A DNA stretch of 57,322 bases, filler included, from Sphacelaria rigidula (lineage: Eukaryota): NCBI GenBank assembly GCA_964200075.2. It is 5 parts of 5 records of this genome, joined end to end, with 100 filler letters (N's around TTAATTAATTAA, not from the genome) between each part and the next. Parts side by side here need not be neighbours in the genome. Positions count along the whole stretch, not along the records: positions 1 to 11,385 come from CAXNAA020004980.1; positions 11,486 to 22,870 come from CAXNAA020004981.1; 3 more parts are not named here. One strand, given 5' to 3'. The translations under genes and the position numbers were made by a program. Position 1 is the stretch's first letter. Each line of letters starts with the position of its first letter. The notes beneath the pieces were generated by a model that ran no database searches, had not been told where the DNA came from, and saw only the letters and a program-made list of their open reading frames with translations. This document shows, one piece after another, positions 1 through 11,579 of this stretch.

Positions 1-822
1 GTGTGGGGAAAGCACTGTTTTAGGCTTGAGCCTCATCTCGAAGTGAAACCTCAATTCGCACAATTTGTTGTTATAACCAGAGCATGTCGGTGGCGTTTAT
101 TTCATGCATATCCATTTTTGAACTGGTACGGGATAATCGTTGGTACAGCACGGAGCATGCGGCAGTACTAGATCGGAAAACTGGTACACCACACCTCCAA
201 GTGTCCTAACGATGGACTCGTTCGCTGGCATTTCTTCTGCGTGCTTTCGAATGAAGCGTCATGAAACATGACGAGCAATATCCTGACGGGCTGCCACAGG
301 GGAGTACAACGCTGTAGTGCACAATTGCGTTGGCACGGTGTCGGCAACACAGAAACGCTAGCGCGCGTGCTGCTTGAAAATAACGCGCTCCGCCAGTGTA
401 ATGTAATTGAGTGCTATATATTGAACTTCAATGCAAAGGTTACCCTTCGGGTGTGGAGCCGATACTGTGTACAACCGCGGCGTGACACCTGTGACGGTAC
501 TACCTGCTCACTGCACAGCGGTAGGGTGCGGGGTGACAAAGCAAACCGCAGAACGTCACATCCTTAGCCTATCCCTGTTCTGCATTGATTTCGCGTTGTC
601 CTATGCCGTTCACCACATCATGAGTGCAGCCGTTGTATCGCGGTCAACATGTACGCAGGATCGCCACGCGCTATATTGCTACAACATTGCGACGTCACAT
701 TTTGTTAAGCTGTCCGTGTTGCAGCTACAGCATGCGTTTGCCCCAGGACGCGCACGCAGGAGTGAAAGGCCGCCTCCGCCGCTGTAATGGCTGCTTGTAT
801 CTTGGGCGAAGCTGTATGGTAA

Positions 823-905
823 CACAGTCGCGGCTGGTGCGCCCACATATACCGAAAGGTGGAGACCTGCGTCCAGAACATGTGGGACGACAACACACAG
901 GACAC
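823..905 (+). mobile_element. 3'-end fragment of the same SINE family
   Basis: GCGCCCACATATACCGAAAGGTGGAGACCTGCGTCCAGAACATGTGGGACGACAACACAC matches the SINE tail. Confidence 0.6.
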
Positions 906-1134
906 TCGACGTTGCGCAGTACACTTTCCACATCGTGTTCGTACTGTCTGTAGATTTGTTTTGTCCACGGTTGGGTATATTTCCAAATATAATGCAGGGT
1001 CTGGTACATCTCGTCTTATAATGAAACGGAGGGTCTGGTACGTTTCCACCTGTACATGTATGTGATGTTACTCGGTGATATCGAGAAACAATCCGCTGGG
1101 CGAACAGCAGGTGAGGAAATCGCCGAAATATTCA

Positions 1135-1652
1135 CCTGTAAGCTCTGCTCCAGTGCACTGTAAGTTGATATCGCTAGAAGGACACTACCATAACCACCTT
1201 GCCGGCTGCCAGACTGTCACAGACTGTCAGGACGTAGGATCTGCTAGCATTGCTGCTACTGTCTGTACGGGGCTGTTGCCCCCTCATCAGGTACGTTCCG
1301 GAGCATGGTACTTGATGTAGATCATCCTTGTACATGAGCACCAAACGCTGGGGGTTCTTACTCAAGACTTAGATTTGGAGGATGATACTAGGGGGCAGCG
1401 GCAATTGCTATTTGTCCAGGTCCCCCTTGGAGCAGGATGCGTTTCGTGTCCGTTTGACGAAGTGATCCCCCCCCAAAAGAAATCGATAGGGGTTTGAGAG
1501 TGGAAGAATCTAGCAAAAAAACTATCGCAAGAATCCGATCGCAAGAATCAGGTCGCAAGAACCCTGACACAGAAACGGAGTCGCAAAAAACCAGTTCGTC
1601 GATTTTTACCCGCAGCAGAAACGAACTTCACTTCGTGAATTTGGAATTGGAA
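1135..1652 (+). repeat. Dispersed repeat; uninterrupted (empty-site) copy of the element at 34545-35632
   Basis: CTCTGCTCCAGTGCACTGTAAGTTGA..GAAGGACACTACCATAACCACCTTGCCGGCTGCCAGACTGTCA..TTGGAGCAGGATGCGTTT..TTTACCCGCAGCAGAAAC is shared between contigs 1 and 4. Confidence 0.9.
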
Positions 1653-3432
1653 TCATTCCGAGAGAGTTGAAAACAAATCCGGAACAGGTTTTGACGAAAC
1701 CCGAAGGAAGCCGACGAGGGCATCCTCCTCTCACCCGGTGAGTGCCGTTTAGAATGTGTGAAGGAGATACAAACGTCCTCTTACACCAGGGCAACAATGC
1801 GCGGCAACGTAAGCTGGGAGGGGGAAGTTTCAACACACAAATAAAATTCTCGGTTGTTTTTGCAGAACTGCTTCACGTAACATGTGACATTTTGGACGGC
1901 CACTTCAATCCTATCTCAGTGTTCAACCTCATTTTTCCAGCATCCTTCGTTGTATCCAGTCATCCGGGGGCAAATTGTCAGACACCGTTTTATGTGAGGC
2001 CTTGTGTTTATTTCGAGAAAAAATGTTCGAAAAATGAAACACTTGCCGACGAAAGCCAGTTTTCGGACAAAACTTCGAGAAAAGCCCCCACTTTTGAATG
2101 TGGATCAGAATTGTCGACAAAATCATGGTTGAACACGACTCCATATATGCGGCGGGGGACGGATCTGGAGTCTGGGGATTATGTGTATATGTCTAACGAG
2201 GACCTCGTACCAGTTGGGTCGGCCATTATGCATCAGCTTCACAACAACACTGCGACGGTGATGAATCAGATGGTCGCCGATGATGATATCATCATGATCA
2301 TATTGATGGTGAGGAATCATCGGAGACTGACAGTGAAGGTCTTTCAGAGGACGAAGCGCCGGATAATTCGGATCTGCCTCCTGTCCTGGCGATGCCATGT
2401 CCTCACCGCTGTGCCACAGTTCCTCTGGGAGACATGATGTCAAATCCCTTTTTCCTCTTTCACTGTTTCAGCGCAGTCTATAAGTCCGCAGTCAGTGACC
2501 AAGAAGTACAGTCCCGCCAAAAAACTTCGCGCCCGCCAGCTGACATGCAAGACTTGGTAAGAGACGGTTTTCAAAACCCTCTCGTTTGAAAAGAGTGTTC
2601 AAAAACTCAGATCGTTCTTCTTCTTCTCATCAAGCTAATGCATGTATCAAACTGGGTAAGAAGCGACCTAACCGCCAGAAACAGCTACACTAAAAAATCT
2701 TGCGACTTATGCTATTCGACTTTCTTTTAGGTAACCTGCAGAAGAAAAATATGTTCCCTTCAACCACGTGCTCCTTGGCCGTGCTGCGCATCTCTGTCGA
2801 CGTCCTGCAGTAGTTCTTCAACTCTCCTAAAGCCAGACGCTATAACTCCATACGGCTCAACTTCAATCCCATCGAAACACACGTCGCGCTGCATGACCCC
2901 ATCGTCTCCCACACACGCACTGGTTGTGCAGGTGCGAGACTGTTGCCCTGTGTCCTCTCGGCCACACAAAACACCGGCAAACAAGTGGCACTGAAGCTAG
3001 CAGTGCCTACCTCAAGCTAGCAAGATGCCTATCCTAGTCGGCGCTGCCTGTTACGCTTGTGTTTGGGCGGGAACTGCGGTTGAACAGTTTTCCTTGCCAC
3101 CGGTGCCTCGGCCGAACTGAATAGTTTGACCTTGCCGCGCTTGGCGGGGAAGTTTCTGTTGTTCATTCATCGAAATATCGGACCAAAATAAAGCAGCGAG
3201 AGAGACAGGGGAGAGAGAGATGCAGCAACGACAAGCGATCGGGCAAAGGCGGGTGGTTATGAAGCGCCTCCGGCCGGACGGGTCAATTGCCTTCATTGTT
3301 CGTCTCGTAGAAACACACGAGTAAAGACAGTGACAAGAAACGATTCACGCATGCGATAATCAATCATGATGCGTACGATCCACCCCCGTATGAACCATGT
3401 CTGAGAAATGTGTCGATTCGATTCATGTTGTA

Positions 3433-3596
3433 CGTGTTAAGAGAGCCAAGAACCACTGAGCTCTACTGAGTCAGCGCTGACTGACTCAACAGCTAGACGG
3501 ACTTCAGACATTAGCTCTTGTTGATATGTCAAGAACCACTGAGCTACTTAGTCAGCGTGACTGAGTAGCTCAGTGTTGTTCGGCTTCATCAACACG
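3433..3596. mobile_element. Small TA-flanked MITE with internal palindromes
   Basis: TA-CGTGTTAAGAGAGCCAAGAACCACTGAGCT ... AGCTCAGTGTTGTTCGGCTTCATCAACACG-TA. Confidence 0.6.
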
Positions 3597-5702
3597 TACG
3601 TCAAACCTGCGCCACACAAGTTCCGAGAGAAAACGTATGCACGAATCACTTCTACGGACGAATCAAGGGTGGGCGAAAATGGAAACAGTCACGGTGTGCG
3701 GATTTTATGATCGGGAAAATGTTGGAAAGCGTCAAAGCGTGCGTATCAAAATTTGGTCAAATATTGAAACACTTCGTCTTATACGAATCAAGGGGGAGAA
3801 AAAATCCTTCAAGTGCTTGAACCGCACGAAATCAAAGCCGGAAACACGACGGACAGAGCCGCGCCGTGGGATTCAAGGGGTGGCAAATTCTCGGAGAAGG
3901 CCTGGGTCTGTACGTATTACGAGTTCAACACCCGTACGAATCACAAATATATAAATATTGCTGCATAAACAGTTTAAATGATTTGTGCAACATATGAATG
4001 ACGACGATTAACAAGTTGTATCGTTCCATGCACGGGAGACTTGGAAGATCTGAAGACCCGAACACTCGCCAGCCACCCTGCCCACCACCCTCCACACACG
4101 ATAGAACAGAACAGTACATCATTTTGATGAATCATGCCCGTACGTTGCTCATGAAAACAGCACCGGGTGTTAGAACCATCCTCACTAATGAAAACGTATT
4201 TCAAACTCACCACAAGAACGACATGTTGAAGCACGCCTTGCGTTACTTTGATATCGCCCACGCGATGCGTGATGGTTGATTGTGTTGTGTGCAGTTTGGA
4301 TTTGTGAATGTCGGAGGGGGGGCTGGGCCGCTTGCTATCTACTGTGCCTATTTCAGATATTAAGCTCATGTTCTCTGTTATGTTGCTGTTTTTCCGCGTC
4401 CCGGAGAAGCTGAAGAATTGTGGACTTGTGCAGTCGGAGAGTAAGAGTTGAAGAATCCAATGAAACAGCAGAATTCTGCCGTTCACAGTAAGCGCTCCAA
4501 CCCTCAAGTACACCACCCGTGTATCATCTCTTCATCAATCGATACGGCCATTCTTAGCTCACTCGCTGAGGTATTGTAACTCTTCATAAATCGGAGTTTC
4601 CAACGTATCTCGCATCTTACGTTGTCCTTCAGAACTGAGTGTAAATCTGAGGTGTGGAAACACTAGCCGCCCGTCCCTGAGACAGGGGCTTCCCTCAGCG
4701 ACCGCACGCGCAGGCATTAGTGTCTCATTCGACTGGTTCAAGTGTCGCTGGTCTTAGTGTGACCACTTCGGGCCAAGTAACACCCACCCAGCTCGAAAGA
4801 GTTCGTTCTTCGCGTTTATTCTACACCGCGAAACTACTCCTGATAGGTCCCGAAAAAAGCGTCCCAATTTACAATCGGTTATGACTCCTCAGCAAAGCTT
4901 GCCAAAGTAAAGTCCACAAGCTTCGGCCGAGCATGCCCCGATGCTGACCCCGTCCGCCCGACTGGACGCAGTGGTGCCCCAACACGTTTTGGACGTTCCC
5001 CGACGAGAACACATTTATTACGACTGACTGTACGGAGGCCAGCGTACCATATCGGGACTTTGTTCGCGTCGAGTAGATAGATCCATCCATCTTTGGGCAT
5101 AACCAAAAGAGATGGGAAATAGTCATACGAATCAAGGGTGCAAAACATGCTTGGGATCATACCGAAGGCGGGAAAAATGTTGGAAAGGGTCATACGTAAG
5201 CCGTAGGAATCGTTAGTTTTGAAATTCTCCGAAAATATCGTAGCGTACGAAATAGCGGTGGGAAACTGTTTAAAACCGTAATACAACGCCTTATGAATCG
5301 AGAGCGATAAACGAGTTGGAATATTACGTCAGGTTCACCATGGAGATGCTAGCATCTCAGGTGGCGTCAATTTGGAATAGTCCAGCTACAGATGCTCTTC
5401 CCAAATGGAAGTGACCTCTCAGATGGACATTTTAGATTAAACTTTCACATGGACATCTCAGGTGGACATACCATGTCCCAGATAGATACCCTTATCCCGA
5501 ATGATGATCAAAGATGGCGGGTTTACAGGACGGGTATGGCACAGAGATCAGCTACAAGCAGCAAAGGGGCGGGGAAAACGGCAGCGCGGTCCTGGTGTTG
5601 TGTTTGAGCCTCTTGCTTTGGTGATGCAATTTCCTCTACTGCACACACAAAAGGCAGTGATTCCAACAATCACATTGCTTTTGTGAGGCGAATACTCCAT
5701 AC

Positions 5703-6190
5703 GGCCATATCCTCGTGAGGTAAATTCTTCACGAGATCCAGCAGTTTTTCGCCGTCAAGTCGAGAGGAATGCCTTTCAGAGTAGTGAAAAAAAGCAAAGA
5801 CGCACTCAATTCTTGTGGAAGCGAAACACAAGAACATGGAAATAAGACAACGGAGTCCAACACTCCCCCCCTCAAGAAACGGTCGGCGTGGCTGCCGTTA
5901 GCACATGGAACAGACATACTGCGGGGGTCGTCCAAAAACACCCATGTCTAGATGGCCTCATGCGCGATGGTCGAACTATCGTGCTGTACTCACGTCTGAG
6001 ACTTGAGTCCCATCATGTACACAAGGTCTTCGCCCATGCTCTCTGTCACCACGAGCTCCTCCTCCTCTTCCTCCTGGATTCCGGCCGAAGCTCTCGCCGC
6101 CCTCTTCTCCGACTCCTTCTCCATTTTTTGCCGAATCTGAAATGACGCCCCCAGAAAGGGAAGAGTAACGTTTGTAGAATGCACAACAAT

Positions 6191-6254
<64 letters not shown>

Positions 6255-9200
6255 CCCGAGAACATGTAATAAGGTCACCACAACAAAAACAACCCCGTCT
6301 GCTACCATTTTTTATTTCTCCAATTTCTCCCAATCCTTGCAGTTCATCGACGTGCAGGAAAAATAGTAAAGACCACACAAAACAACAGAGCGAGCGAAAA
6401 AAAAGCACAAACAAAAAATATCACGGGAAATTGAATCACAGCAGCAGCGAAAACAACCACAGCAATAGTATCGACAACAGCTTCCGCCATTGAAAAAAAA
6501 AAAAAAAAACGTTTTTTTCTCACGATCCTCTCTTCTTTCTTGAGCTTTTGCTTGTCTTCTCTGCCGGTGGCCTTGGTAGCCTGGATCCTCTTCAGTGCTC
6601 GCTCCAACGGGTCGCCGGCGCCCCACTCTGATTCAAGCTTCCATGATTAACAAAAAAGACAAAACAGCAACAACGACGACGACGACGACGACGACGACAA
6701 GTTGTTGGGTGTCGATGAAACCAGGGACTTTGACCATTGATGATAATTTCACCCCCGTGAACAATGTGTGTTGCCATAGATAGGAGTGTATCAGGTACAG
6801 TGTAGCCCATAGCGACCACTGAATAGTTGCAATATGAAAAGGTGGACTACGTAAGGTACAAACAGCCTATTGCGACTACATGAGTAGCCGCGATAGGCTA
6901 CTACACTTCACGCAATACACTTTTTCCATTGCAACTTTTGACCATATAGTGTTCAGGGTGTGGATAGTTCACAAACGCAAATATTTATATATATATATAT
7001 ATATAAAAACAAAGCTCCGCTAGCCGGTCGCCCCAGTGTCTCAGTTGGTATCCTCGACACACACTGACGGTTGGGTCGTGGGTTTGAATCTCGGTGAAGT
7101 CACGCGATCTGCGATTTTTTCCCTCCCACCATGTCCAACAGTGGAGAGCGACCATGTCGTGGGTGCATAAAAGTTCGACTTCACAGTCGACAGGGAAAGG
7201 GATCGCTGAACCCCTCTCGCGACAAAAAAAATAAGGGAAGCACAGCAGAAGAAAGGCAGAGTACTACAGTATAGAAAACACAATAAAAAATTAATCAGCT
7301 CCTGTGTTGGCTTTCGCCCTGTGTTACCCCGGCCGGGGCGCCCACTTATACCGAAAGATGTAGACTAGCCTCCAGATATGAGATGATAAAACACACAAAC
7401 ACAAACGCAAACACAAACACACACCGCTGGCACGCAACACGTGGCACAAAATGCCGGGCACCGGGAAAAACAAATGACACAATGCACATAAAGAGTGCAG
7501 CTCCCACAACTTTGGCGGACATCGGAATCGTATTTGCGGAACAAACTTAGACGGTCCCCAGCGAAGATTGCCCGCAAAGGGGACGAATCAACCGCCGAAC
7601 CAACGACGACAATTCTTCGACCGTCCTCCGTTTACCTGGGATTTCCAAGACTAACCTCCTCATCATGCGGACAAAAACATTTCGAGAGTACTTCTAGTGC
7701 GGAGGCTCGTGCACTCGTGTTGTGGCCCAAACGAAATTAGGACGCGCGCAGCAACACGGGCCCGTGCTCCCCAGCGCATCGCCAGGGCCGAAGCAGTACT
7801 AGTGCTAAAGGGGTTCGGAATATCTCACGAGACGGAACACCCAACAGTGCAGACGTCGGGCAGCTAATGAGCTACCTCAATATTGCCTCGTAATCCATAT
7901 TTTCCAGGGATACATACGTTACACACGTGGCACATTTGAAAAAAACGGGAAATACGTAACTTTGGGTCAATTAACGCTACGTAAGGTTCGATTCTTTGGA
8001 CGGGACAAATGTGAGGTGACGTGATGTAGCGTGTGGACCTACCTTGAAGCAGTGTGTCTCGGGATTCCCGAGACGTGATAAAAAGGCTACTTTATTAATT
8101 TTTAACGTGACACGTGACACGTGACACGTGACACATTCACGAAAAAACGCATAGTTTTGTTTTCGTCCCATTTGGCAAATAGAATGCTATGATGGGGTTC
8201 ATGCGAAGCACCACACGTTGCATCACGTTCCCTTACATTTGTCCCGTCCAAAAAATCAAACCTTACGTAGCGTTAATTGGCCCAAAGTTATGCTTTTTCG
8301 AATGCGTAACGTGAAAACGTCACGTGTAACGTGTACACCCATGATATTTTCTCCCTACGTCGCTGGACGCAGATCATGGGGAGTAACGCAAAAGGTAGCG
8401 TTCTGGCCTCTCGCATCCTGCTGTCGCGTACTTCGTGGTTCTAGACAAAACATTCAAGAGTTCTCTTCGATTGAGTATTTGAGGCAGCTCAAGAGCTGTT
8501 CGACGTGTGCAAGCAACATCGCTTTCCTCGGAAGTTACGCGGCCAAGGATGTGCCATCAAGAACATCTCGTCGGTTTGTCTCCGCAACAGAACCATATGA
8601 TAAGGCGGGGTCTTGGCCACAGAGAAATGCCTGGTGTGCTCTTGCCCACGATAAATAGGCCGCCACCAAACGGCAGGTATCAACGACGACAGCTCCAGAT
8701 TATGTTGTTGGGCACTTGGAGATCACGTGAGACCGTTGACGCTTACACAGACAACCGTCCTCGTATACATGATTCAAAAAAGGCATCGTGCTGTGATTTG
8801 TAGACCTTCATCCAACCGGCATCCCACAAATCAATGTGCATGATTTCTGCCCGTGTGTAAGAAAGAATAGGTGCGTCAGAAATATGGTCGACCCGTAGCT
8901 GCCTACATGCCGCGTTCACATTCATCTTGGCAATTCAGTTTGAGGGGTGTCAACGCCGATTTTGTGCCAACAAATAACAAACAGCTCTCATTGTGTTGTT
9001 GTTGCTTCTTCTTCCTCTTCTTCTGGTGGCCATTCGCGTTTCCGTACAAAACACGGACGGAGAAAGACCTACACAATGCACCTGAAAAAATAATCAGAGA
9101 GGATGGTCAGCAGGTTTGGAACATGACCCAGTGACCCCGGCCACATACTCGACATGGCAGCAAATAGAGAGTGGGACGGAGGGGAGGAGAAGGGGCTCCG

Positions 9201-10842
9201 TTGTACCCACCAACTCATCTTCCCTTCATCAGGAAGAGTCCGCGGTCTGAAGGGATGAACTTATCCCCCTATCTCTCTCGCAGCACGCGCACTATAGTTT
9301 GGTGTCGCGGATCGAAGCGACACACTCGCATGATATCTACTCTCGAACAAACAAAAGACCATATATTTAAAAGCATAACCAGCATCTGCCCGCATTCGAA
9401 CCCGTCATCTTCCACTTGTACAGGTTCCCAATCTACCGCAAAGACGATCGGGGCGCGGCAGCAATACATACCGTGTTCATTTTTATTCAAGACGCATAGC
9501 CAGGTCAGAGTTTCCAAAAGTTGCCCCCGAGGTTTTGTCTCTGTGGAGGGTTGGCATCAGTTGGCAACGACGCGGTGAGACATGCCATTTGCTGCTTAAG
9601 TTAGGCAACCAAAAGGTTACCATCTTCATTTTGCTTGCGCTTCTTTTTTTTTGCGGTGAAGTATGTGGCGGGCGAGCTAGGTCATATTGTGCGGGGACGA
9701 GAACGCGAGCTCCGCGCGAAGGGGGTGATCATACTACGTAGGGTTCATATGGTGAGACATCCATGAGGCAGTGTGCAACCCGTGGCGGTTTATGGAAGTA
9801 GCGACACTAGAAAATAAAGCAACTCATTGGAGGCTGTCACTCATATGCAAGATAATCAGTAGGCTTCGGGCCGAACAGTCTCAGCAGGATACAGCTCACC
9901 CTTCACGCTACTCGCCCAACGCTTGACGGCGCTTCGCGCTTGGTGATTGAGTGCGAGTCTGATTCGGCGAAAGCCCGGCGTGCTCCGCCCCGGCTTTGTA
10001 GGGATGCGAGGTCAATGGTATCATGACTATGGCATGCAAGGTCGTGAGTATACCCCCGAGACGTGCCCAGTGAGTAGTACTGCGGTACGGCTCGACACAC
10101 ACGCAATATTTTCACAACCGCTCATATACCGAGCAGTCTCACCTTGTCTATCAAGGCCTGGCGATTCTTGCGCACCAACTCGTCTCTTGCGCTGTCCCGC
10201 GGAAAAAAAAAAAAACGGCCGAACACCAACGCGGTACAGTGCCACACGGGAGGGACATGAAAGGCGAAACATTAGCGCGCTCGAATTCATTTCAATGCCC
10301 GTATGATTATCCCGCTTCCTGGGTTCGTAGCTAGGCAGTTCGAGTTCCCCAACCACGACGATAAACTACGATCGAGACTCCTACAAAAAAAAAAGACTCA
10401 GGAACAATAGGTGCAACCCCTGCCGTAGCCTTGTTCATAGCCAGGCTGCTGCTCAGCTACACACATGACGATGTTTGGCAGGCAATCTTACCAGTATTTC
10501 GGGAACTGGAACACATCCGAGTCGGGTGCGAACAAATATGTTTTCGCATTCCCGCTGCCGCGCCCGGCGGTCTAAACTGAAATGGACCGATTTGTCACAA
10601 TTAGGGTGGAGCGAGCGTGGATTCGATCCCTGCTATATGCGTTGGGTTTTTCTCTTCAAAGCATTTCATTTCCATCGTCGAAAGCAAGTGTACGTAAGTA
10701 GGCAAAACACAGAGTATAATAGTTGATTGAGTTTCGTTTGACGAGAGTTGACGCGGTGAGGGAGTGCTGTTGGTCATGATCCAATCCGCGAGACCAAAAT
10801 GCAAGGCGTGTGCGTACCGGGGAGAGATAGATGGGTCCATCC
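5703..10842 (-). CDS. Multi-exon gene of unknown function (charged, coiled-coil-like segment), partial model
   Basis: Exons 10818-10842, 10143-10191, 9402-9432, 6524-6627, 5994-6136, 5703-5772 splice in compatible phases to MDPSISPRARDELVRKNRQALIDKIGNLYKWKMTEWGAGDPLERALKRIQATKATGREDKQKLKKEERIIRQKMEKESEKRAARASAGIQEEEEEELVVTESMGEDLVYMMGLKSQTHSSRLDGEKLLDLVKNLPHEDMA. Possible further exons at 3055-3155 and about 2765-2826. No family recognised. Confidence 0.55.
6183..6254 (+). repeat. (CAA)n microsatellite
   Basis: Directly visible; intronic in the contig-1 gene model. Confidence 0.95.
7023..7423 (+). mobile_element. tRNA-derived SINE, near full length
   Basis: Head with A-box-like TGTCTCAGTTGG and B-box-like GGTTTGAATCTC; body shared with 38835-39206; (CAAACA)-type tail. 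Confidence 0.75.
7905..8342. mobile_element. MITE with ~130-bp inverted termini
   Basis: TAACTTTGGGTCAATTAACGCTACGTAAGGTTCGATTCTTTGGACGGGACAAATGT (about 7957-8012) is the inverse of ACATTTGTCCCGTCCAAAAAATCAAACCTTACGTAGCGTTAATTGGCCCAAAGTTA (8235-8290). Confidence 0.8.
9721..10057 (+). mobile_element. ~335-bp dispersed repeat with GGGGG...CCCCC ends, full copy
   Basis: Colinear with the reverse complement of 32332-32666; partial copies at 22971-23118, 32230-32331, 33324-33397, 36484-36572. Confidence 0.85.
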
Positions 10843-11385
10843 CTTGTGACCGTTAGATCACGGACTGGTCCCGAGGAAGGAGAGGGATTCAAAGTGTGAC
10901 CACGAAGAAAAAAAATATATATATATATGTATCGAAAAACAAAAAAAACGTCCGGCTGTGAACTACCACAGACTGTGGCGAAAATGCTCGAGACATCACG
11001 AAGTGAGTGTACGTGGCTCGAGTGTGCTCGACTATTTAGTGCAGCACACACGAGGCAGACGCCTGTTTTCGTGTCACTGTGCGGTCATTGCTCTTGCAGT
11101 GTGTCATGCGGTACGGGCGTCATTTATTTGATTGGTTGCAATGTTCGGTTAAATATTTTGATCGGCTGTTTTTTTTTTAATGCACTTGTTGTTTCAGTAG
11201 TTAATTGATAACGATCGCCGGACCCGCCGCGAATCATCAGGTGGGTGTGACCAGCTAGCTTGAGCGAACGGAACAGTTGCTGAAGACGCTCGGGGGGGGG
11301 GGGGGGGAAGAGGGTGAAGAAACGACCCGACAACAAACCAAGAAGGGATGACCAGAAGAGAAAAAAAGGGGGGTTTGGATGGATG

Positions 11386-11485
11386 NNNNNNNNNNNNNNN
11401 NNNNNNNNNNNNNNNNNNNNNNNNNNNNNTTAATTAATTAANNNNNNNNNNNNNNNNNNNNNNNNNNNNNNNNNNNNNNNNNNNN
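11386..11485. other. Artificial contig spacer (N44-TTAATTAATTAA-N44)
   Basis: 100-bp block with a six-frame stop linker; identical at four positions about 11,484 bp apart. Confidence 0.97.
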
Positions 11486-11579
11486 CAGTTTATTTTTTTT
11501 TTGTCACCTCTCCCGTTTGTTGTTTTTTTTCACGTTTCTCCTTTAATGGCTCCACCCCCCCCCCCCCCCCCCCCATTAC

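Noticed and set aside
1742-2589. 231-aa ORF and frameshifted continuation
   Set aside because: No recognisable domain or splice structure; probably a decayed transposon-derived sequence, not supportable as a gene.
5976-6493. Poly-Cys, poly-Val, poly-Leu and poly-Asn ORFs (also 16533-16827)
   Set aside because: Translations of (CAA)n / (TGT)n microsatellites.
7023-7100. Functional tRNA gene
   Set aside because: A/B-box-like motifs are present but I cannot fold a proper cloverleaf, and the sequence continues into a repeated SINE body.
8743-8925. Possible Ty1/Copia integrase relic (EIMHIDLW..KSQHDAF)
   Set aside because: Only a short motif resemblance with no supporting neighbouring domains.
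11430-11441. TTAATTAATTAA as a regulatory or recombination site
   Set aside because: Synthetic six-frame stop linker centred in N runs.
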